A stretch of 64,000 nt of DNA, taken from Mucilaginibacter sp. GTDB taxonomy: Bacteria; Bacteroidota; Bacteroidia; Sphingobacteriales; Sphingobacteriaceae. This document shows, in pieces, positions 49,579 through 58,399 of this stretch. Position numbers and translations under genes: made by a program. The notes under the pieces are model-generated. The model worked only from the letters and a program-made list of their open reading frames with translations, had not been told where the DNA came from and ran no database searches. Position 1 is the first letter of the stretch. Every line of letters starts with the position of its first letter. The stretch is taken from NCBI GenBank assembly GCA_028287895.1, contig JAQBOV010000073.1, positions 3,088 to 67,087 on the forward strand, read 5' to 3'.

Positions 49579-49982
49579 TGGTAATTGGGACTCACTACCA
49601 TCGTTTGGTCAGTAAGCACAACCTTAAAGTTACCTAAAAGTTTTAAGTCCTTAATAGTATTAAACGTATCCTAACGGATATTCGTTCAGTTTATGGCCAT
49701 AAAAATAAAATAGTACGTAACATTAAGGTAATTTTAGTTTGTATAAACAGCCCGGCATGAATAATGAACTGTTTTCCGGTCCTTCTATTATTGATCAGCC
49801 CCCGGTAAAAGCCATAGCGGCAGACCAACTCCCGCAAGAAGTACACCGGTGGACCAATAGTGAAGGTTATCGGTAAGGGGAGGAAAGCCCGATAAAAATA
49901 AAGAAGAAAAATAACAAGCAATTTACTGCAACCCGCTATCGGAGGCTGCAGATGAACGGCAGTGACAGGTAATGACTGGTTG

Positions 49983-50453
49983 TTAAACAGGCTTTACCCG
50001 GACATATTTTTCAATATTTATCCGGTTTACACCGATGCTATCAATTTTTTCGACCCCTTTCTGTATCAGGGTATCATTTTTAATAGCGATCGTAAATTCG
50101 AATTTATTGTTTTCCCATTGACGGTCGTTACAGTATTCCAAAAATTCGGTGTACTTATCTCCAACTAAAGTATATCTGCCGCCACCTGCGGTAAAAGACG
50201 GCGCAGAGCCCTTTCCCTTATTGAGGTCGTGTATTAAAAAGCAAAAGTGGGTACCGTTGACGATCTTTATCGCCTTTTGATTTTTTGTATAATCCGTCAC
50301 TACGGTATCCTTTTTCTGGATCGTGGTTCCTGAAATTAGCTGCCATGTGCCATTGATGGGTACCGATTGTTCTTTAGATTCGGTTGTATTTGTTTTGCTT
50401 TTGCAGGATACAAGTATTACAGCGGCTATAATAAATGCAATTTTTGCCTTCAT
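49983..50453 (-). CDS. Lipocalin-like domain lipoprotein
   Basis: The lipobox-type signal is MKAKIAFIIAAVILVSC. The INGTWQLISG... pattern is typical of lipocalin-like (DUF4488-type) domains. Confidence 0.55.
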   Translation of the reverse strand: MKAKIAFIIAAVILVSCKSKTNTTESKEQSVPINGTWQLISGTTIQKKDTVVTDYTKNQKAIKIVNGTHFCFLIHDLNKGKGSAPSFTAGGGRYTLVGDKYTEFLEYCNDRQWENNKFEFTIAIKNDTLIQKGVEKIDSIGVNRINIEKYVRVKPV

Positions 50454-50463
50454 TTGATTAAGG

Positions 50464-50498
50464 TTTATATTATATTAGTTTTTCAAATATAATATAAA
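50464..50498. repeat. 13-bp perfect AT-only inverted repeat
   Basis: TTTATATTATATT (50464-50476) pairs with AATATAATATAAA (50486-50498) across a 9-nt spacer. It begins 11 nt upstream of the lipocalin-like gene start (minus strand). Confidence 0.55.
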
Positions 50499-50530
50499 TC
50501 TGTTTTTTTCATAATGCTGCTGCACTATTT

Positions 50531-50773
50531 CTAATCCTTTTTACGCTTACTATCTGCTTTTGGTGCTATACCCTTATCCACATCCAGGGTAAAAGAAGCC
50601 TCGGACGCATCCGACGCCTGTTGAAGCAGGTCAATAGCAGGGGCGCTTTCTTCCGCGGATGAATCAAATTGCTCATCCAAACCATTGGAATGGACATCCT
50701 GCTGACTTTTTTGATCTTCTGCATCTGAATCCTGAGAATCATCAACAGGGATTTTATTATCTGGAATGATCAT
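50531..50773 (-). CDS. Small acidic, low-complexity (probably disordered) protein
   Basis: 80 aa from ATG 50773 (MIIPDNK...). It is Asp/Glu/Ser/Gln-rich with a basic KRKKD end. I recognise no family. Confidence 0.35.
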   Translation of the reverse strand: MIIPDNKIPVDDSQDSDAEDQKSQQDVHSNGLDEQFDSSAEESAPAIDLLQQASDASEASFTLDVDKGIAPKADSKRKKD

Positions 50774-50904
50774 AACCTTATTGTTTTGTATACTATAAAA
50801 ATACAACACATTGTTGGGCTTGTTGTTCGCTTTCTAAAAATATAATATTTTAATCCGGTCAACTCTTTTTATGCTGATCCGCTAATAAACAAGCACCGGG
50901 GCTC

Positions 50905-51273
50905 TTAAACCGCGGAATGTGTGTAGCTGTGTATTTTATTAATAAAATAGTCAAGATCGAACGGTTTTTTTATAAAATCGTCAGCGCCGCTTTCTTCTTG
51001 TATTTTTTGAATAGCGTTGTTGGCTGACAATATGATCACAGGTATATGTTTTAGGTCACTCTGGCTTTTAATGTATTCACAAATGTCCCGGCCGTTAAAA
51101 CCGGCAAGATTTATATCGAGTAGAACGACGTCAGCATGACTGGCCCGTACCTTAACCTTGAAATTACCAAAGTCGCTTAAGCTAATTACTTTATATCCGT
51201 CGGCCTGTAGGATGATATTTACCATCTCTGCTATCACAGGCTCATCTTCAATTACCAGAACCCTCTTCTTCAT
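50905..51273 (-). CDS. Stand-alone receiver-domain response regulator
   Basis: The start MKKRVLVIEDEP, the phospho-acceptor context VLLDINL and the conserved K (FIKKPF) are present. There is no output domain. I placed the start at ATG 51273. Confidence 0.88.
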   Translation of the reverse strand: MKKRVLVIEDEPVIAEMVNIILQADGYKVISLSDFGNFKVKVRASHADVVLLDINLAGFNGRDICEYIKSQSDLKHIPVIILSANNAIQKIQEESGADDFIKKPFDLDYFINKIHSYTHSAV

Positions 51274-51374
51274 ATTACTAACAGGCAATTTGACACCCAT
51301 TAATAACATGCAATAATGACACCAGAATTAGGTGTAAACAATTATTTTATTTGGGATTTCAATCCATGTGCATG

Positions 51375-52223
51375 TTAATTCTTAAGCAGTTCTGTGGGTA
51401 GCCGGTCAATTGTTTGTATTTTTATTTGCCTGTAATAAATTTCCGCCCCTTCTGATTGTATTTGAATTTTTCCTTTGGTAAGCGGTGATTCTTGTCCGTT
51501 ATCCATCTGTCTGTTGTGGTATAATACCATCATTACTTTACCATTTACAACGTGTATGCTGGTATCGCCGTGGCAATACAACTCGAGTGTATTCCATTGT
51601 CCTGATGGGTTTTCGGCATCACCCTGCTTTATGCAATGCCTTCCCTGTTTACTATCCTGGCTGAATGTAGTAAGTGTACCCTGCGGGCTGTAAACATATT
51701 CCGTTTCCGATTTTTTAATTACAGGTATATCAGCCATCCCACCGGCCACACCCCAGTAGTCACCGCAGTTGCCTTCTTCAACCTGGAATTCTTGCGAACG
51801 CATCCAGGCGCCATAATCAGCACCATACTTCCCAACGGAATGATACAGCAGGCCGCTATCTTTCTTTTTACCCTTTTTCTGTCCCCACGAAAAAGCGCCC
51901 CATTTAAACTGCAATTGCAGATGGTAATTTTCATATTCCTTTTGGGTGGATATAGCCCCCCAGTTCTCACCCGAAATTCGGATCATATTTTCACCGTCTC
52001 CCCTGACAATGGTAAAAACATGACGCGGATCATTATTTAAACCAAGCGGTTTGCCGGTAATAGGTTTGCCGGCATCATCCAGGTCGGGACCAATATAAGT
52101 ATCCCAGCCTGTAAGATCCTTCCCGTTAAAGAGTTGTTTCCAATGATCCTTTTTTACGGGCATTGTAAAACCAAATACAATTATACAAAGCAGCAGCGGC
52201 AGAATAAACTTAGTGAGTTTCAT
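51375..52223 (-). CDS. DUF1080 (3-keto-disaccharide hydrolase-like) secreted protein
   Basis: It has a signal peptide. The motifs W..LFNGKDL.GW and IQIQSEGAEIYYRQIKI are characteristic of DUF1080. Confidence 0.8.
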   Translation of the reverse strand: MKLTKFILPLLLCIIVFGFTMPVKKDHWKQLFNGKDLTGWDTYIGPDLDDAGKPITGKPLGLNNDPRHVFTIVRGDGENMIRISGENWGAISTQKEYENYHLQLQFKWGAFSWGQKKGKKKDSGLLYHSVGKYGADYGAWMRSQEFQVEEGNCGDYWGVAGGMADIPVIKKSETEYVYSPQGTLTTFSQDSKQGRHCIKQGDAENPSGQWNTLELYCHGDTSIHVVNGKVMMVLYHNRQMDNGQESPLTKGKIQIQSEGAEIYYRQIKIQTIDRLPTELLKN

Positions 52224-52561
52224 AATCAGATGGCTTAATTTTATCGAAGATAAGAATTATTCAAGTTCGTTAAACATACCGTCAAGGCGATAATCAGAAT
52301 AACTGTATAATTGTTACCCAAGCAATACCTGCCGATACTGTGGATTTCTGCAACAAGTAAAGATCGAACAGGGGCGCTTGAGGCCATATGCGGCAATCTT
52401 CACCGGTGCAATATCTAACTACGTTAAGGCCTTTAGATAATCATTTTTATCAACTAACCATTAAGCTATTAGTTAGTCGGGCATAACTGCACGAAACAAA
52501 ATTGTTACGTTTAGCGTTAAGCACCTACACAAATATCAACTATTGATTAATAAAAACTATT

Positions 52562-53329
52562 ATGAAAAAGTACATTTTTATTTTTACTGCCCTTTTAAGT
52601 TTTGGACTTTCGTCGTGCAAAAAGGATAGCAAATCCGGTTCAGCTTCAACACTTGTTACCGTAAAATTAACCGATGCCCCCGGCGCATATGATGCGGTTA
52701 TTTTAAGTGTTAAAAGCGTGATTATTACAACTACCAAAGGCGAACAAACACTTACAGTGGGCGGCGGCCCCATTGATATATTACACTTCAGGCTTGGTAA
52801 AGATACCCTCCTTGCTGCCCAGGATATATCGGCAGGAACAATACAACAGGTACGATTAGTACTTAATACCACCGGCAACCGTGTGGTAATTAACGGCACA
52901 TCGTATGATCTGAGCACTCCAAGCGGACAAACATCCGGCGTCAAATTAAATGTTCATGATACCTTAACCGCAGGCATAGCCTATACATTAAGGTTAGATT
53001 TTGATGCGGCACAATCAATTGTATTAACCGGAAATGGCAAGTATATTTTAAAGCCTGTTATCCGTGCAATACCAAATGCGGTTTCGGGTGCTTTAACGGG
53101 TATGGTGAGCCCCGCTATTTCCAACCCTAAGGTATTAGCCATAACAGGTACCGATACGTCAGGTACCATTGCAGATACTACCGGTAAATTTTATTTTGCT
53201 GGGCTTGCGGCCGGAACCTATAACGTTAAATTTGTACCGGATAGTCCGTATCTCGTCAAAACAGTTACCGGCGTTGTCGTAGCCAATGGCGCTGTAAAGG
53301 ATCTGGGAACTATAACCATTGTCAAATAA
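52562..53329 (+). CDS. DUF4382-like lipoprotein with a C-terminal carboxypeptidase-regulatory-like domain
   Basis: It has the lipobox LSFGLSSC and the pattern VTVKLTDAPG.YDAV.L.V..V, and it ends with GKFYFAGLAAGTYNVKF. Confidence 0.65.
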   Translation: MKKYIFIFTALLSFGLSSCKKDSKSGSASTLVTVKLTDAPGAYDAVILSVKSVIITTTKGEQTLTVGGGPIDILHFRLGKDTLLAAQDISAGTIQQVRLVLNTTGNRVVINGTSYDLSTPSGQTSGVKLNVHDTLTAGIAYTLRLDFDAAQSIVLTGNGKYILKPVIRAIPNAVSGALTGMVSPAISNPKVLAITGTDTSGTIADTTGKFYFAGLAAGTYNVKFVPDSPYLVKTVTGVVVANGAVKDLGTITIVK

Positions 53330-53384
53330 TTCAAAATGGGGCTAAGCAGATCTGAATCTGTAACTCATAGGTATTGACGACATA

Positions 53385-53429
53385 GATAAAGCGAAAAAGC
53401 CACCCGTTGGGTGGCTTTTTCGCTTTATC
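53385..53429 (+). terminator. Strong rho-independent terminator
   Basis: A perfect 21-bp stem pairs GATAAAGCGAAAAAGCCACCC (53385-53405) with GGGTGGCTTTTTCGCTTTATC (53409-53429) around a 3-nt loop. Confidence 0.85.
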
Positions 53430-53701
53430 CAAAACCGGCGGCTGCTAAAACAGTCGCAATAGTAAATCAGCGAACAAAAAACTTCGCAGAACTTTTAGCC
53501 CCGTTAATTAAAAACTGATTCTGGTTTTTTTCATCCCCGTACCCACTAAAGCGTTAAATAATGTTAAAAAGGCCCCGTAGCAACGCTCCAAAATTCAGGC
53601 TAAAATTTTTTATAGCGATAATTGTACATCTTGTCGGCACAATTGCCGGTGTGGTCTATTATCTAAACAGGGCGGTTTAAAATCAGGGGTCGGTAATTGA
53701 T

Positions 53702-54748
53702 ATGTTTAAGCGTTTAAAACCATCGGTAATTATTGAGGTCTCGATACACCTGTTGTTCTGGGCTGTTATTACCATTACACCTATTCTTTCAAGGCCTTAT
53801 TCCGCTTTTCCACGTCAATTTTTTTTTTCGCCCTGGAATTTAGTATGGCTCAATATTTTACTGGCAACTCAATTTTACCTCAATGCGTTTTTGCTGATAC
53901 CCGTTGTATTAAACAAAAATAAAAACATTGCCCTGTATTTTACTTTCCTGCTGCTTTCGTTTATCGGCATCGACATGATAATGGTTTATACGCGCCCGCA
54001 CCCGCTTTTTTTTCCTTTGCAAATGGCGCGCATGCCGCGTCATCTGCCGCCTTTCGCCGCCGGTTTTAATCTGCTGCCGCTTATAGCCATTACCGCTGCC
54101 GGCTTTGCCTACCGCTACCTGGCCGATCAGTTCAGGGTGATTAACAACAAACGGGATATCACCAATGCCGCCCTGGTTTCAGAGCTTGCTTTCCTGCGCT
54201 CGCAAATCAGTCCGCATTTTATTTTTAATGTGATCAACAGTGTAGTAGCGTTATCGCGCTTAAACCCCGCGGCGGTCGAACCTACTTTGATCCGGCTTTC
54301 GCAATTGATGCGCTACATGCTTTACATTACCGACGAGGAAAAAGTTACCCTGATGCAAAAAGAGGATTACTTGCGAAGCTATATCGGGCTGCAGGAACTG
54401 CGCTTTCAAAACATGGTGAAGGTGAACTTTAACTTCGCCGTAGGCACTCCTGAAAAAACCATTGAGCCGATGCTGCTGATCCCTTTTGTTGAAAATGCCT
54501 TTAAACACGGCACCGGCGATGTTGCTGATCCGGCTATCGATATCAGCCTGAAATCAGACGGTAAAAAACTGGCTTTCAGTGTACAAAATACCTATAATCC
54601 AAACAATAAGAGCGAGGTCGAAAACCATGGGATAGGCCTGAACAATGTCAAACGCAGGCTCCAACTGTTATACCCCGGCAGGCACAGCTTATGTATAGAT
54701 CAAACTGAACACATGTATAAAGTTAACCTGCAAATACAATTAAAATGA
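53702..54748 (+). CDS. LytS/YehU-type sensor histidine kinase (His_kinase PF06580-like plus HATPase)
   Basis: A polytopic N-terminus is followed by LRSQISPHFIFNVINS, PFVENAFKHG and HGIGLNNVKRRL. Confidence 0.9.
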   Translation: MFKRLKPSVIIEVSIHLLFWAVITITPILSRPYSAFPRQFFFSPWNLVWLNILLATQFYLNAFLLIPVVLNKNKNIALYFTFLLLSFIGIDMIMVYTRPHPLFFPLQMARMPRHLPPFAAGFNLLPLIAITAAGFAYRYLADQFRVINNKRDITNAALVSELAFLRSQISPHFIFNVINSVVALSRLNPAAVEPTLIRLSQLMRYMLYITDEEKVTLMQKEDYLRSYIGLQELRFQNMVKVNFNFAVGTPEKTIEPMLLIPFVENAFKHGTGDVADPAIDISLKSDGKKLAFSVQNTYNPNNKSEVENHGIGLNNVKRRLQLLYPGRHSLCIDQTEHMYKVNLQIQLK

Positions 54749-55458
54749 TGCGATGCCTGCTTATTGATGATGAGCCGCTGGCGCTTGATCTGATCGAAGA
54801 TAATTTAAAACAAGTCAATTACATCCAGGTCGCCGGCCGCTGCCCTACTGCCGGAGAAGCACTGATATTAATGCAATCGGAGAAGATCGACCTCTTGTTC
54901 TGCGATATCGGCATGCCCGGCCTGAATGGTTTACAATTGATTAAAAGCCTGATCCATAGGCCGATGGTGATATTTGTTACCGCTTATGAAAAGTTTGCCA
55001 TTGAGGGCTTCGAACTGGATGTGATCGATTACCTGGTAAAACCTGTTCCCATTGACCGGTTTTTAAAAGCATGCCAGAAGGCCTATAACCTGTTTGAGCT
55101 TAATAAGACGAGTACAGGACAAACACCGGTTATAAAAAATCATTTCTTTATCCACGCTAATTATAACCTGGTAAAGATCATTTTCAGCGATATTGAATAC
55201 ATTGAAGGCTTAAAGGATTATGTAAAGATAAACCTGGCCGATCAGTCGCGCCCCGTTATCTCACGCAGCAGCATCAAAGCGCTCGAGTCGCAGTTGCCCG
55301 CTGATATATTTTACCGGGTTCATAAATCATACATTATTAATGTCGAGCATGTATTGCAGATAAGGCGCGGCAAAATAAAAACACGTAATGCCGAACTCCC
55401 GATGAGTGATAATTACCGCGATATGATCAATAAAATGATTGGTAAGGTGATAGAGTGA
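54745..55458 (+). CDS. LytR/AlgR-family response regulator (REC plus LytTR DNA-binding domain)
   Basis: CLLIDDEPLAL, LFCDIGMPG and the LytTR motif FYRVHKSYIINVEH are present. It overlaps the kinase gene by 4 nt (ATGA). Confidence 0.92.
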   Translation: MMRCLLIDDEPLALDLIEDNLKQVNYIQVAGRCPTAGEALILMQSEKIDLLFCDIGMPGLNGLQLIKSLIHRPMVIFVTAYEKFAIEGFELDVIDYLVKPVPIDRFLKACQKAYNLFELNKTSTGQTPVIKNHFFIHANYNLVKIIFSDIEYIEGLKDYVKINLADQSRPVISRSSIKALESQLPADIFYRVHKSYIINVEHVLQIRRGKIKTRNAELPMSDNYRDMINKMIGKVIE

Positions 55459-55564
55459 TTACTGCACAATTCAAGCTTTCGTCTACACTTTAGGGAGGCT
55501 TATCTCATTTATTTCGGAACGCTGGTAACATATTGCAACTTCGGTTTTGATACAACGAAACCGG

Positions 55565-58399
55565 ATGAAGAAACTATTACTGCTGTTGATAATTACATGT
55601 TTTGTTTCCCTGGCGCAGGCCCAAAATACCCAGAGGATATTAAAGAAAAGTACTTTAGATAGATTTGTTGCACGTCCGCTTGACGATTTGCTGGATACCC
55701 TGTCGGCCAATTACAATTTAAAAATTGTTTTTGAGCGCGATTCGGTACACCGGTACGATGTGGTTGAACATTTTTTTAACGAGCCGCTAAACAAAGTGCT
55801 TGATAAGGTATGTAGTGAATTTTATCTGAATTACTGGGTTGATGCCGACGGAACCATCTATATCCTGCAAAACACTGATGATATGGCAAGGCTTAGTAAA
55901 TTGGCGAATGTATTAAAGCCGATAAAGCCGGCAAAACGGGATGCAGTTGCCGTTGTTGACACATCGGATGCATTTAGTTTAGGAGACACCCCTCAGGCAC
56001 AGCCTAAAGCACAGCCGGCCGAACAGGCCCAGGCATCGCCGATAAACTTTATGGTTACGATAAGCGGAAAAGTAGTCGATCAAAATACAGGCGGAGCGCT
56101 GCCGTCGGCTAATATCAGGATGCGAAATACCGACCTATCGGCGACAACCAATACTGATGGTAATTTTACGCTGTTCAAAGTGCCGTCTGATACCTGTACA
56201 ATTGAAGTTTCCTATTCAGGCTATCAGCCTGGTTCTTTAAAACTTAGTGCACAAATATTAAAAAAACCCTTGGTACTGGGTATGTATCCGGCCCTCAATA
56301 CACTGAATGAGGTTACCATCGTCGGCAAAAAAAGTGGGGTGATGAATACCGATACAAAAAAGGTAGGCGTATTGCAATTAACCCCGGCCAATCTTGATAA
56401 GCTGCCCAGCCTCGGTGAAAAGGATATATTGCGGGCATTTCAGCTCATGCCGGGAGTAAGCGGCACCAATGAGTCGTCTTCAGGGGCTTATGTGCGTGGG
56501 GGTACCCCCGATCAGAACCTGGTTGTTTTTGATGGATTTACTATTTACCAGGTTGACCATCTTTATGGGTTTTTCAGCGCATTTAACAGCAACGCGGTAA
56601 AGGATGTACAGATGTACAAGGGTGGGTTTTCTGCAAAATACGGCGGACGCTTGTCAAGTGTAACCGAAATCAATGGCAAGGACGGTAACCGAAACGAGGC
56701 TAATTTTGGTGTGGACTTGAGTTTACTAAGTGTAAACGTGTTTGCCGAAACGCCTATAAACGATAAGTCTTCAGTGTTTGTGTCATTCCGACGTTCATAC
56801 CAGGGCCCTTTATATGATAAAATATTTGGGCAATTTAATACTTCTACCGTTCAGAGTGCTCCTCCCGGCGGCGGCGGCAGACCCGGCGGTGGCGGCGGCC
56901 GCGGCTTTAACCAGCAAACTACACCTGCATCACATTTTTATGATGCCGATGCACGGTATAATTATCACTTGGACGAAAAAAACATACTTACCTGGAGTTT
57001 TTATTCAGGCACGGATAAAACCGATAATAGCAGGACGCTGCAAATACCGTCATTCTTAAGTTCATCTGTCGGCGGTATCAATATTACAGATTATACCAAA
57101 TATGGCAACCTGGGCAGCAGCGTTAAATGGTTCAGACAATGGAACCAAAAACTGCATTCAAATACCTATATCACTTATTCCTCGTATTTTAACGATCGTA
57201 ACCGTACCAACTCGGGTACTACTACAGATAGTAACGGTAACACTACAGATTTTAGTAACGGTACGGTTGAAAATAACAGCCTGAAAGATCTGGGCTTCAA
57301 ATCTGAATGGGAGTGGCAGATGAGCAACAATATAAAATTACTGTATGGCGGCTTTGGTACTTACCAAACAATCAACTATGACTACATACAAAATGATACC
57401 AGCCATCTCATTAGTCAGCACAATAAAGCTTTTTTGGGTGGAGGTTATGCTGAGCTGGAAATTGATCCGAATAATAAGCTCCATTTACAGCCGGGCCTGC
57501 GCACTACCTGGTACCAGCCTACCGGTAAAGTGTATGCAGAGCCCCGTTTTTCAGCAAGCTATGTCCTCAACGATAATTACACACTTAAAGCAGCTACCGG
57601 GCAGTTTTACCAGTTTATTAATGAAGTTACACGCCAGGACGTGGTAAATGGCAACCGCAACTTTTGGGTATTATCCAATAACGGCAATATACCGGTAGGT
57701 ATGGCAAGACATTATATGGGAGGAATAAGCTATGAAAATGACCAGCTTTTGGTGGATGTGGAAGGGTATTATAAAACACTTACCGGACTAACCCAATATA
57801 CGATAACGCAATCCGGCTCAATACCCGGCAGCACCGCAACTGTCAACCAGGATTTTTATACCGGAATAGGAAATGCCAAAGGGATCGAAGTACTGATACA
57901 GAAAAAACTGGGACGATACACTGGTTGGATAAGTTATACTTTGGCGGATGCGCAAAATAAATTCGCAGTTTACGGAAATACGTATTATCCGGCCGACCAG
58001 GACATCCGCCATGAGTTTAAAGCGATCAATATGTACCATTATCAGCGCTGGAATTTTTCGGCGGTGTTTATATTCAGCACGGGGCACCCGTATACCGCAC
58101 CGCTCGCTACTTATACTGTCCATTCGGCTGATGGCAACACCTTCACTTTCTTTAATGTTGGCGCCAAAAATGGCGAACGCTTACCTGATTATCATCGTCT
58201 TGATCTGTCGGCAACTTATGATCTGTTAAAGATAAGCGGCAATAAGATCGGCAGTATAGGTTTATCGCTGTTTAACGTATATAATCATACAAATATCTGG
58301 TACCGCGAATATCAATTACAAAATAACCAGGTAATTACTACCGATGTCAATTACCTGGGCTTTACACCTAACATTACACTTAGCTTAAGATGGAAATAA
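55565..58399 (+). CDS. TonB-dependent receptor/transducer with N-terminal STN-like and CarboxypepD_reg domains
   Basis: The order is signal peptide (MKKLLLLLIITCFVSLAQA), an STN-like segment (PLDDLLDTLSANYNLKIVFERDS...YWVDADGTIYIL), a carboxypeptidase-regulatory-like domain (ISGKVVDQNTGGALPSANI...TDGNFTL), then plug and barrel. I placed the start at ATG 55565. Confidence 0.88.
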   Translation: MKKLLLLLIITCFVSLAQAQNTQRILKKSTLDRFVARPLDDLLDTLSANYNLKIVFERDSVHRYDVVEHFFNEPLNKVLDKVCSEFYLNYWVDADGTIYILQNTDDMARLSKLANVLKPIKPAKRDAVAVVDTSDAFSLGDTPQAQPKAQPAEQAQASPINFMVTISGKVVDQNTGGALPSANIRMRNTDLSATTNTDGNFTLFKVPSDTCTIEVSYSGYQPGSLKLSAQILKKPLVLGMYPALNTLNEVTIVGKKSGVMNTDTKKVGVLQLTPANLDKLPSLGEKDILRAFQLMPGVSGTNESSSGAYVRGGTPDQNLVVFDGFTIYQVDHLYGFFSAFNSNAVKDVQMYKGGFSAKYGGRLSSVTEINGKDGNRNEANFGVDLSLLSVNVFAETPINDKSSVFVSFRRSYQGPLYDKIFGQFNTSTVQSAPPGGGGRPGGGGGRGFNQQTTPASHFYDADARYNYHLDEKNILTWSFYSGTDKTDNSRTLQIPSFLSSSVGGINITDYTKYGNLGSSVKWFRQWNQKLHSNTYITYSSYFNDRNRTNSGTTTDSNGNTTDFSNGTVENNSLKDLGFKSEWEWQMSNNIKLLYGGFGTYQTINYDYIQNDTSHLISQHNKAFLGGGYAELEIDPNNKLHLQPGLRTTWYQPTGKVYAEPRFSASYVLNDNYTLKAATGQFYQFINEVTRQDVVNGNRNFWVLSNNGNIPVGMARHYMGGISYENDQLLVDVEGYYKTLTGLTQYTITQSGSIPGSTATVNQDFYTGIGNAKGIEVLIQKKLGRYTGWISYTLADAQNKFAVYGNTYYPADQDIRHEFKAINMYHYQRWNFSAVFIFSTGHPYTAPLATYTVHSADGNTFTFFNVGAKNGERLPDYHRLDLSATYDLLKISGNKIGSIGLSLFNVYNHTNIWYREYQLQNNQVITTDVNYLGFTPNITLSLRWK

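Noticed and set aside
49880-49891. GAGGAAAGCCCG, which resembles the RNase P RNA CR-I motif (GAGGAAAGUCCGGGC), in a ~400-nt intergenic region.
   Set aside because: Only about 90 nt remain before the next gene. The region is AT-rich and lacks the other universally conserved RNase P segments (the GGGUGAAA..GGUAAGAGCGCACC and ACAGAA types). I treat it as a coincidental match.
49691-49921. A 76-aa minus-strand ORF and a 39-aa plus-strand ORF (49757-49876) in the intergenic region downstream of the lipocalin-like gene and upstream of the hybrid kinase start.
   Set aside because: Neither has a recognisable motif. They overlap each other on opposite strands, and I have no compositional basis to prefer either.
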